This document shows positions 17,673-26,264 of a stretch of DNA of 64,000 nt, piece after piece. A model generated the notes under the pieces. It ran no database searches, was not told the origin of the DNA, and was given only the letters and a program-made list of their open reading frames with translations. The DNA comes from Candidatus Binatia bacterium (GTDB taxonomy: Bacteria; Desulfobacterota; Binatia; Bin18): the NCBI GenBank assembly GCA_963666315.2, contig CAXXHG010000043.1:416001-480000 (forward strand), written 5' to 3'. Each line of letters starts with the position of its first letter. The first letter of the stretch is position 1. The translations under genes and the position numbers were made by a program.

Positions 17673-19592
17673 ATGGTCGATCTCCTGATCGTTCTCGCAT
17701 TTGTCCTGTACGCCGTTTCCACAGGACTGCGGGCGCGCAAGCGTGCTTCACAAAACCTGTCTGAATACTTCCTGGCGGGTAAAACCCTGACTGGGTGGCG
17801 GGCAGGGGTCAGCATGGCAGCGACCCAATTTGCTGCCGATACGCCGTTGCTGGTCACGGGTCTGATTGCTACAGGCGGTATCTTCCTCGTCTGGCGATTG
17901 TGGATTTATGGTCTGGCCTTCTTACTCATGGGCTTTGTCTTTGCGGCGGGTTGGCGGCGTACGGGGGTAGTGACGGATGCGGAACTCGCGGAACTGCGCT
18001 ACAGCGGGCCAGGGGTCCTGGCCCTGCGTGGGCTGAAAGCGTTGTACTATGGCACAGTCATTAACTGTGTCGTTATCGCCATGGTGTTGGTTGCCGCCCT
18101 GCGTATCGCCGAAGTGTTTCTTGTGTGGCACGCTTGGCTCCCGACCGGACTGTACACGAGTTTTTCTCAGGCGATTCAAGGCTTGGGGATTTCTCTTGCT
18201 TCAGGGGCAACTGGTCTCGATGCGTCTATTGCGACGACAAATAATTTCATCAGTATTATTGCTCTGGTGAGTTTTACTGCCTTCTATTCTACCGCTGGTG
18301 GGCTGCGCAGTGTTGTCGCGACAGACATTGTCCAATTTTTTCTGGCAATGGCAGGCACGCTTATCTATGCGTGTGTGGTGATCGCCCACATCGGCGGATT
18401 GGAAGAACTCCCGAAGCAGCTTGCCGCACACTACGGGGCCGAGGCTGCTGAGGCGATGCTCTCTTTTACGCCCTCTCAAGGCGAGGTGCTGATGCCCTTC
18501 CTCATCCTGATCAGTTTGCAATGGTTCTTCCAAGTCAGTAGCGACGGGAGCGGTTATCTGGCGCAGCGCGCCATGGCGTGTAGAACAGACCGTGAGGCGC
18601 GGATCGCAGGGCTGGTGTTTGCCTGGCTGCAGATCGTCGTGCGCAGCCTGCTCTGGCTGGTGATTGGGGTCGGCCTCTTGGTCATTTATCCTTTTAACCC
18701 TGTTGACCTTGCTGATATTGCGAATGGTGGAGGTGAACAGTTCACTGCGAGCCGTGAGCTTGTCTTTGTCACTGGGATTAACGACCTGCTGCCTACCGGC
18801 GTGCGCGGTGTCATGCTGGTTGGTCTTTTAGCCGCCCTGGCCTCAACTATTGATACACATATGAACTGGGGAGCTAGCTATTGGAGTAACGATCTGTATA
18901 AACGCCTGCTGTGTCAGGCCTGGCTGCAACGGGAAGCCCAGAATAAGGAACTCGTTTTTGTGGCGCGTGTGTCGAATATCCTCGTGCTCGGCATTGCGCT
19001 TATCATCATGACCCAGCTCGGTTCGATCCAAGCCGCCTGGTCTGTCTCGCTGCTCTTTGGGGCAGGGACAGGCGCCGTCCTGGTGCTGCGTTGGCTGTGG
19101 GAGCGCATTAATGTATTTTCTGAAATTGCAGCCATGCTGGTCTCCTTGATCGCTGCACCTATCCTGCTCATGACTGTTGATGCCGAATGGCTACGTATAG
19201 CGGTCATGGGTGGCCTTTCGACCCTGGCCGCCATCGGGATAACATTTTTTTCTCCTGCAACCGAACATGCTGTGCTGGACCGCTTCTATCAACGTGTACA
19301 GCCCCTCGGCTTTTGGCACGACACTGCCCTACGCATGGGGGATGATCCCGACATGCCGCTGCGACGATTTTTCCGTGAGCTGAAAAATACGATACTGTGT
19401 GCGTTGTCCCTTTTCTTGACGCTCATCGGATTTGGAAAATTGCTCGTCCACTCGGCTGACGAGTCGAGCCTATGGGCGTGGATTGCTCTTGGCGTGGCGG
19501 CTATGCTGGTTCCGTTTTGGTGGCGTGCTGCGGGAGCATCGCCCCGCCAGGGTAGCGATGCGGGACCGGATGAGAAAATGATGTGTGGGTAA
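17673..19592 (+). CDS. Sodium:solute symporter (SSS) family transporter
   Basis: EYFLAGK, SMAATQFAADT, GGLRSVVATDIVQ, YLAQR, ASTIDT; ~14 TMs. Confidence 0.92.
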   Translation: MVDLLIVLAFVLYAVSTGLRARKRASQNLSEYFLAGKTLTGWRAGVSMAATQFAADTPLLVTGLIATGGIFLVWRLWIYGLAFLLMGFVFAAGWRRTGVVTDAELAELRYSGPGVLALRGLKALYYGTVINCVVIAMVLVAALRIAEVFLVWHAWLPTGLYTSFSQAIQGLGISLASGATGLDASIATTNNFISIIALVSFTAFYSTAGGLRSVVATDIVQFFLAMAGTLIYACVVIAHIGGLEELPKQLAAHYGAEAAEAMLSFTPSQGEVLMPFLILISLQWFFQVSSDGSGYLAQRAMACRTDREARIAGLVFAWLQIVVRSLLWLVIGVGLLVIYPFNPVDLADIANGGGEQFTASRELVFVTGINDLLPTGVRGVMLVGLLAALASTIDTHMNWGASYWSNDLYKRLLCQAWLQREAQNKELVFVARVSNILVLGIALIIMTQLGSIQAAWSVSLLFGAGTGAVLVLRWLWERINVFSEIAAMLVSLIAAPILLMTVDAEWLRIAVMGGLSTLAAIGITFFSPATEHAVLDRFYQRVQPLGFWHDTALRMGDDPDMPLRRFFRELKNTILCALSLFLTLIGFGKLLVHSADESSLWAWIALGVAAMLVPFWWRAAGASPRQGSDAGPDEKMMCG

Positions 19593-19595
19593 CCT

Positions 19596-21920
19596 ATGAA
19601 GCGAGTCGAGAACACGGCAAATCTCCGCACTGTCTTCCACTGGGGCGCCTACGCGTCTCACGTGCAAGACGGTCGCTTGGTCGGACTAGAGCCCGTACCT
19701 GAAGATCCGGATCCTTCGTCGCTGGGGCGTTCGTATGTTGAGGCAGTCGACGACGCACTCCGTATCCGTCAACCCATGATCCGGCAGAGCTGGCTCACAA
19801 ACGGACCCGGGAGTGGAACCCGAGGGGCAGAGCCTTTTATTGCCGTAGAGTGGGGGCGGGCCCTCGATCTCGTGGCTGCAGAGCTAGGGCGGGTCAAAAA
19901 CGCGTGTGGCAACCGGGCAATCTATGCCGGCTCATATGGCTGGGGCAGTGCCGGCGCGTTCCATTTCCCCCAGGCTCAGCTCCAGCGGTTTCTGAATCTC
20001 TTCGGCGGCTTTACCCGTTCGGTGAATACCTATAGCCACGCGGCGGCAGATGTCATGATGCCGTATATTGCTGGCAATTTCTTTCGTCTGCTGGTTGAAC
20101 AAGCCTCGTGGCAGACGATTGCTCAGCATTCAGAACTTGTTGTGATGTTTGGTGGAATGCCGCCTAAAAACGCCCAGGTCGCTTACGGCGGGGTCACCCG
20201 CCATAGGACGCGCGATGGTCTCCAGGCCTGCCGAGACGCTGGAGTCCACTTCCTCAATATTGGCCCGCTGAAAAACGATGCGGTTGATTTTGTCCGAGCC
20301 GAGTGGTTGACGCCACGGCCAAACACAGATGTCGCCTTGATGCTCGGCCTGGCCCACACGCTGGTGACACACGGGCTGGCCGACGAGCATTTTCTTGGCC
20401 GGTATTGTGTTGGTTTTGATATATTTCAGTCCTATCTCATGGGCGCCGGGGATGGGCAGCCCAAAGACGCGGCCTGGGCAGCCGACATTACCGGCCTCGA
20501 TGCCGAGACGATCCGGACTCTTGCCCGGCGCATGGCTGCCAAGCGGACGCTCATCACGCTATCGTGGTCTCTGCAGCGAGCCGATCACGGGGAGCAAACA
20601 TATTGGATGGCAGTGACGCTGGCCGCCGTCCTGGGACAGATTGGCCTGCCTGGGGGTGGTTTCGGCTATGGCTATTCCTCGGTCGCTAGCGTAGGAAGCC
20701 GTGCCGCTCGGATTCCCTGGGCAACGTTAGACCGCTGCGCCTATCCTGTTGAAGATATGATCCCGGTTGCCCGAATTGCCGACCTCTTGCTCAACCCGAA
20801 TGCCGAGTTTGACTACAATGGACGCCAGGCGACCTACCCCGATATCCGGCTCATCTACTGGGTTGGAGGAAATGTCTTCCACCACCACCAAGATTTGAAC
20901 CGTTTGTTACAGGCCTGGCAAAAACCCGAGACCATTATCGTCCATGAGCCCTGGTGGACGCCGATGGCGCGCCACGCTGATATTGTCCTGCCCGCGACGA
21001 CGCCGCTTGAACGCAACGATATCGTGTGCACCCCACGCGACGGATTTGTTGTCGCCAATAAACAGGCGATTAAACCCGTTGGCCAGGCCCGCAACGATCA
21101 TGATATTTTTGCAGACCTAGCCGAGAGGCTAGGATTTCGGGAGGGGTTTACCGAAGGACGAGATGAAACAGGCTGGCTGCGGCATCTGTACGACATCTCA
21201 CGCGCACGAGCGGTCAAACGCGGGTTTTCCTTGCCCGACTTTGAACGCTTTTGGGAAGACGGATTGTGTGAACTCCCCCCTCCACGCGAAAGGCAGCTTT
21301 TTCTGTCTGCCTTTCGTGCCGACCCAGAGGCCCATCCGCTGGATACGCCATCGGGCAAGATTGAAATCTGGTCAGCGCGTATTGCATCCTACAAGTATGA
21401 TGACTGCCCATCACATCCGACCTGGATGGAACCCACCGAATGGCTAGGCAGTGAAAAGGCCAAACAGTATCCACTCCATCTGATCTCAAACCAACCCGCC
21501 GTCCGTCTCCACAGTCAACTTGACCAAGGTCCGGTCAGCCGTGCGGCAAAAGTCGCCGGTCGCGAGCCTATCCGGATCCATGCTGACGATGCCGAAGAAC
21601 GTGGCTTGACTGAGGGCGACGTGGTCCGGGTGTTTAACGACCGAGGCCAGTGCTTGGCGGGTGTTGTGATCACACCGGATATTCAAAAGAACGTGGTGCA
21701 GCTTGCAACCGGCGCTTGGTATGATCCTCTGGAGCTGGGCGTGCCTGGAACGCTGGAAAAACATGGCAACCCCAACGTCCTTACTCTAGACAAAGGCACC
21801 TCAAAATTGAGTCAGGGCCCGAGCGCGCAGACGACCTTGGTTGAAGTCGAACGCTATCAGGGCGAACCTCCACCTGTGACGGCGTTTCTGCCCCCAGAGA
21901 TTCGCCGGGAAGACGCGTGA
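19596..21920 (+). CDS. Molybdopterin S/N-oxide reductase (BisC/DorA/TorA family), no Tat signal
   Basis: HWGA, RIRQPMIR, GSYGWGSAG, NTYS, SLQRADHGEQ, GQIGLPGGG, LHSQL, GAWYDP, HGNPNVLT. Confidence 0.93.
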   Translation: MKRVENTANLRTVFHWGAYASHVQDGRLVGLEPVPEDPDPSSLGRSYVEAVDDALRIRQPMIRQSWLTNGPGSGTRGAEPFIAVEWGRALDLVAAELGRVKNACGNRAIYAGSYGWGSAGAFHFPQAQLQRFLNLFGGFTRSVNTYSHAAADVMMPYIAGNFFRLLVEQASWQTIAQHSELVVMFGGMPPKNAQVAYGGVTRHRTRDGLQACRDAGVHFLNIGPLKNDAVDFVRAEWLTPRPNTDVALMLGLAHTLVTHGLADEHFLGRYCVGFDIFQSYLMGAGDGQPKDAAWAADITGLDAETIRTLARRMAAKRTLITLSWSLQRADHGEQTYWMAVTLAAVLGQIGLPGGGFGYGYSSVASVGSRAARIPWATLDRCAYPVEDMIPVARIADLLLNPNAEFDYNGRQATYPDIRLIYWVGGNVFHHHQDLNRLLQAWQKPETIIVHEPWWTPMARHADIVLPATTPLERNDIVCTPRDGFVVANKQAIKPVGQARNDHDIFADLAERLGFREGFTEGRDETGWLRHLYDISRARAVKRGFSLPDFERFWEDGLCELPPPRERQLFLSAFRADPEAHPLDTPSGKIEIWSARIASYKYDDCPSHPTWMEPTEWLGSEKAKQYPLHLISNQPAVRLHSQLDQGPVSRAAKVAGREPIRIHADDAEERGLTEGDVVRVFNDRGQCLAGVVITPDIQKNVVQLATGAWYDPLELGVPGTLEKHGNPNVLTLDKGTSKLSQGPSAQTTLVEVERYQGEPPPVTAFLPPEIRREDA

Positions 21921-21955
21921 ATCAGGCACGCGAAAATTGCGCTCAGCCCGTGTGC

Positions 21956-22516
21956 CTAGAAATTGACGCTAAAACCCTCGTTGGCCTGGGTCTGCTCTTG
22001 TATGAGAAATCCTCGTGCGCCAGTATACGAACCGGGTGGATAGGACAGGTAGCCTCTGACACTTGTGCCTGGGGCAATGGTTCGGCTGGTCAACACGGGG
22101 GTCGGAGTGTCGTCGCTTGCCACCAAGGGTTTGACCCGTTCGCCTGACGCCGCCCGTAACGTGACTTTGTCGGCTTTCAGAGTATAGGCGTGCGCAGTGG
22201 CATTGCTGATCTCGACCTCTACAATAAATACCCCGTTATCCCGGACGCGCTCCCATATAGTCTCCATATTCTCCGATGACCTGCGCAGCGGCGGTTCCCT
22301 GCCTCGCAGCGGCGGTTCCCTGCCTTGTGGTACCGCTATGACAGATGCAGTTAATGGCCGTACTTTGACCTCCAACCGACCTTGCTCAGCCTGAATGGGA
22401 GAAGTGAGAAGGAAAAACACGCTCGAGACGAAAAGGCAGACAGCGCAGTAATGCGCAGTCCGAAGTGCTCTCGGCAGAGTGTTGAAACGTACAAATGGGG
22501 ACTTCCCGTTGGCCAT
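21956..22516 (-). CDS. Hypothetical exported beta-sandwich protein (DUF4352-like)
   Basis: Hydrophobic N-terminal segment ending IQA; VEVEISN..IAPGTSVRG pattern. Confidence 0.55.
   Translation of the reverse strand: MANGKSPFVRFNTLPRALRTAHYCAVCLFVSSVFFLLTSPIQAEQGRLEVKVRPLTASVIAVPQGREPPLRGREPPLRRSSENMETIWERVRDNGVFIVEVEISNATAHAYTLKADKVTLRAASGERVKPLVASDDTPTPVLTSRTIAPGTSVRGYLSYPPGSYTGARGFLIQEQTQANEGFSVNF
22284..22325. repeat. 21-bp tandem duplication encoding (R)GREPPL twice
   Basis: CGCAGCGGCGGTTCCCTGCCT x2. Confidence 0.9.
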
Positions 22517-22770
22517 GGCATTTTCCTTCTTCCTGGAGTGTTAGAGACTCGTTTTGTCAGGGTATAGAGCATTCAGTTCGGCTCTTTCTACTCTTCTTGT
22601 TTTCTTTTGGCAAGGAAATTATGAGGCTTGGGACTGAATTTCCTGCTCAGTTCAGGGCAGACAAAAATTTCAGAATTCCCAAGAAATACGACGTAGACTT
22701 TTCCTCCTCCGCAGAGTCTCCGGAAAGAACTCAGGGTCAAGAATTTCCTCCAAATTCAAACCCTTTGGCG

Positions 22771-23157
22771 TCAGTTTGCATCCATGTATTTTACCGGAAT
22801 TAACCTATGGCCAAGTATATCCACTGCTGCTCCGCATTGCTCAAGAGCAATGTAACCGAGTAATGGCTCATATTCGCCATTATCTGGTTTCATGTCTAAA
22901 AACAGGACTTCGTTATAAATAGGTCGAAACCCCTCGATAGTGATTTTTACAGGACCACAGACTGTTCCTTTTACTCTCTCTTGGGTTGCGGTTTGAAGTT
23001 CGATGGTCTCCTCCGAGGCAAATGCCCCGAACCGACTCCTCCACACTGATGGCAACGTCAGATAGCCTGCTCCTGTACCAGCGAGTGCCTCCAGTTTTAT
23101 GGACGAGCCCGGTTCAGAAAATTTTTCGATATCAACTGTTGCTACTATTCTTCCCAT
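22771..23157 (-). CDS. Clan AA (retropepsin-like) aspartic protease family protein lacking the catalytic Asp
   Basis: ALAGTGA where the family has ALVDTGA; EPLLGYIALE C-terminal motif; AT-richer than flanks. Confidence 0.65.
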   Translation of the reverse strand: MGRIVATVDIEKFSEPGSSIKLEALAGTGAGYLTLPSVWRSRFGAFASEETIELQTATQERVKGTVCGPVKITIEGFRPIYNEVLFLDMKPDNGEYEPLLGYIALEQCGAAVDILGHRLIPVKYMDAN

Positions 23158-23332
23158 TTGATGACGGCTCCGATTGGTAGCTCGCGTAGCAGATCCTCAT
23201 AGACTGACACTTCCTACGAATACAACAAAATCCGTAGAATTGTGATTCGATGATAGGAGCGGTTTCAGCGGAGTTTTTGCTTCACCCAGCACCCTTCCCC
23301 TGTGAGATTAACTCCGCTACATATACCGCGCT

Positions 23333-24079
23333 ATGCCAACACAAGTGGATTCACCGGGTATTCTGTATTTCATTGAACAAGGCGGGGTGTTGATGTACCT
23401 CATCATCCTGTTGTCTATTTTTGCTCTGGCCATTGTGCTGGTCAAGTTCTGGGGATTGTGGCGTTTTCGGTCCCAGTTGGAGCAGCTCAGCCAGCGGCTT
23501 AGCCTGCACGCTCAGGGAGCTGGACACGACTCCAGCAAAGAGGCGCACCTGGCTGCCGCACTACAAATCTGTAGCGAGGATAACTCTCCGCTGGGTAGGT
23601 TATTCGAGACTGCTTTTCTGTATCGTGCAGAAGGGCGGACTGAACTGACCCACCGCCTCGAACGGTTTGGTGGGGACGTAGTGGCGGGGCTGGAGTCATA
23701 TATGACCGCCCTGGCCAGCGTCGTTGGGGTTGCGCCCATGCTGGGATTCCTCGGCACGATTATCGGTCTGGTTGAAGCCTTTATGAGCTGGGAGACGCTC
23801 GGGGGGCAGATTACGGTAGGCGTGTTAGCCGGTGGTATTTATAAAGCCATGCTGACCACAGGAGCAGGCCTGTGTGTCGCGATTCCATACTTCTTGTTGT
23901 ACAACCACCTCACTATGCGGGTGCAGGCCTTGACCCGTTTGACTGAAGCGCGGACCGAAGAACTCCTGGATACGCTGACCGAGACGAAGGCGCACGCAGC
24001 GGTCCAAGAAGCGGCATCCGAAGCGATGCCGGGAGCGGGGCAAGTGCCAACGCGGGAGCTGACACGTCATGCGGTTTAA
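23333..24079 (+). CDS. Second MotA/TolQ/ExbB protein
   Basis: QGGVLM, APMLGFLGTIIGL, GGIYKAMLTTGAGLCVAIP. Confidence 0.92.
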   Translation: MPTQVDSPGILYFIEQGGVLMYLIILLSIFALAIVLVKFWGLWRFRSQLEQLSQRLSLHAQGAGHDSSKEAHLAAALQICSEDNSPLGRLFETAFLYRAEGRTELTHRLERFGGDVVAGLESYMTALASVVGVAPMLGFLGTIIGLVEAFMSWETLGGQITVGVLAGGIYKAMLTTGAGLCVAIPYFLLYNHLTMRVQALTRLTEARTEELLDTLTETKAHAAVQEAASEAMPGAGQVPTRELTRHAV

Positions 24080-24488
24080 ACCAGGGTCCAAAGTTTTGGC
24101 GAGTATGGAGCCGCTTGCGCTCACAGACATCATCATCAATATGTTCATCTTCTTCTTTATTACTTTCAGTTTCCTGGCCACGTTTGAAAAAACGCGCGAA
24201 GGCCAGGTGAATGTCAATTTGCCCAAAGCTACGTCGGCCACGCCTCCGGTAGAAAAGAAACGTCTGAATGTCAGCCTGAAGAAAGACGGCGGGCTGTTCC
24301 TCGGTGACACGCCGGCAACTATTGAAGACCTCGAAGCGCGCTTCAAGGCTGAAAAGGCCCAAGGAGCAGACGTAATCCTGGTCATTCGGGCGGACGGCGA
24401 TGTTACTCATAGCCGGGTGGTCCAAGTGATGGACCTTGCCCGAATCGAAGGGCTGAATCGCTTGGCCATAGCAACGCAGAATAGATAA
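24069..24488 (+). CDS. Second ExbD/TolR protein
   Basis: LTDIIINMFIFF, VNLPKA, VIRADGDV..VVQVMD. Confidence 0.92.
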   Translation: MRFKPGSKVLASMEPLALTDIIINMFIFFFITFSFLATFEKTREGQVNVNLPKATSATPPVEKKRLNVSLKKDGGLFLGDTPATIEDLEARFKAEKAQGADVILVIRADGDVTHSRVVQVMDLARIEGLNRLAIATQNR

Positions 24489-24494
24489 GGAATT

Positions 24495-24566
24495 GGGGGT
24501 AGGGGAGAGGGGATAGGGATGAGCGCCTTACAAAAGAAAATTCTCCGACCCCTCTCCCCTACCCCC
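24495..24566. repeat. G-rich/C-rich heptamer-based hairpin with 18-bp perfect arms
   Basis: GGGGGTAGGGGAGAGGGG (24495-24512) and its reverse complement (24549-24566). Confidence 0.85.
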
Positions 24567-24582
24567 TATCTCCCACTTCGCC

Positions 24583-25461
24583 ATGTCCCCGTGGCAAGAA
24601 CATAACCTGGGCGAAATTACACAACGCCTCGCCCCACTCTGTCGTTCTCCGCAGGGTGTTCTGTTTGAGCAGTCATCTCTCAACAATCACATTGTCGTCC
24701 GACATGGACGGGGACAGATTCTGCTGTGCTATCGACACACGGGGCACCGTATCGAAGAGGTCCAATCTCGGCTTGATCCCACTCATCCGCTCAGGCTGCT
24801 CTCCCCTTACACCCAGGCCATGATGCTGGCGCTGCTCTGGTGTCGGCAGCCACAACGCATTTTGCTTATTGGTCTTGGTGGCGGCCGGCTGCAGCTGGTA
24901 CTACACCACCTGCTTAAAGACGCACGGCTCGCAACCGTTGAACTCGATCCTCTTGTTCTTGAAGTTGCCCGGCGCTTCTTTGGTTTCCTGCCTGATGAAC
25001 GTCAGTGCGTTTCGCTTGCAGACGGGAGAGCCTTTTTGCGTGAGGAGTCGGCTCATGCCCAGTATGATTTGATCTTTCTGGATGCATACCAGGCCGAAGG
25101 TGTCCCGTCTCATATGATAACGCTTGAATTCTACGCTGAATGTCGTGCACGCCTTTGTCCCAACGGGTTGGTTGTTGCCAATCTGCATTCTTCCACGCCG
25201 GTGTATGATGCCTCACGCACGACGTTTGCCGCAGCGTTCAGATATATGACGGCTTTCTCTGTTTCGAGTGGTAACGTCGTTGTTTTGGGGAGCGAAGAGA
25301 CGCCGCTTGATCCCCGGGCACTCCGGAAGCAGGCCCGTATGGCGGAGGAATTCTACGGCGGGGTTCTTCCGTTTTCAACGTGGGCGAGGGATGTCTCTTT
25401 ACGCGCGCCATATCGCAATAACGCGCGGATACTCCAGGATAGCGTTTCGGTATCGGTATGA
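24583..25461 (+). CDS. Spermidine synthase-like SAM-dependent methyltransferase
   Basis: ILLIGLGGG, VELDP, DGRAFL, YDLIFLDAY. Confidence 0.85.
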   Translation: MSPWQEHNLGEITQRLAPLCRSPQGVLFEQSSLNNHIVVRHGRGQILLCYRHTGHRIEEVQSRLDPTHPLRLLSPYTQAMMLALLWCRQPQRILLIGLGGGRLQLVLHHLLKDARLATVELDPLVLEVARRFFGFLPDERQCVSLADGRAFLREESAHAQYDLIFLDAYQAEGVPSHMITLEFYAECRARLCPNGLVVANLHSSTPVYDASRTTFAAAFRYMTAFSVSSGNVVVLGSEETPLDPRALRKQARMAEEFYGGVLPFSTWARDVSLRAPYRNNARILQDSVSVSV

Positions 25462-25537
25462 TTTTTTGCTTGCTCTAGAGGGGTGTTTTCAGTTACAACC
25501 TTCAAAAAGAGACTTAGCTGTCCAATAAGGCTAGCGC

Positions 25538-25864
25538 ATGTCTGTCAAACACCGCCTGTATCTCCGGGTCGGAGATTACGTCAAACATCGCCACTATGGA
25601 GAATGGGGGGCGGGTGAAGTCGTTGAGGAAATGACCTCAATTCTAGACGGCGGAACATGCCTGGTGCGCGTGAACTTTGCGGATGGCCAGCAGCGTACGT
25701 TTGACAACAACCTCGACAGTCAGTCGTGTTGCTACTTCTTTGGAGTGCGTCGCTATCAGCATCCACTGTTTGACCCTGATGGCGATCCGGATTTAGGTGT
25801 TTCGCCCCAGCGCCAGCCGCCTGCTAGGTTGCGTACTAAACCCGAGGCCCAGCGTCTCCCTTAA
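25538..25864 (+). CDS. DUF3553-like small SH3/Tudor-type protein
   Basis: VGDYVKH..WGAGEVVE..VRVNFADG..CCY pattern. Confidence 0.6.
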   Translation: MSVKHRLYLRVGDYVKHRHYGEWGAGEVVEEMTSILDGGTCLVRVNFADGQQRTFDNNLDSQSCCYFFGVRRYQHPLFDPDGDPDLGVSPQRQPPARLRTKPEAQRLP

Positions 25865-25866
25865 GG

Positions 25867-26091
25867 CTAGGCGGTTTCTCCGTTCGATGCAGACGCTTCT
25901 TCGTCCCGCGATTCGAGAGTTTCGCCTTTGGGACCGGTCCGACTAATCTGCCTGAGCTCGAGCGTTTTGACTGTGTCCTGATTCACCCACGGTAAACCCA
26001 TGGCGCAGGGTTTTGCCATGCCTTCTTCTTCAACTTCTTCGTACTGGGGAAATCCGACCTTACTGAAGTTGACCATCATCCGTTTGCCCAT
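25867..26091 (-). CDS. Small hypothetical protein
   Basis: AGGAG RBS upstream on minus strand; 74 aa; convergent with neighbour. Confidence 0.6.
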   Translation of the reverse strand: MGKRMMVNFSKVGFPQYEEVEEEGMAKPCAMGLPWVNQDTVKTLELRQISRTGPKGETLESRDEEASASNGETA

Positions 26092-26264
26092 ATCAACGCT
26101 CTCCTATCAGCCTGATTTCAGTGTTTTTTTCTTGCCTGCGGCTATTCTTGGCTGTTCTCTGACGGGGGGTCAAGCCCGCTCTAGTGCATGGAGTGCCCTC
26201 TAGTAAAAGTATACCTCAATCGGTAGCCTAGAGCACAAATAGCGTGTCTATGTGAGGAATACTG

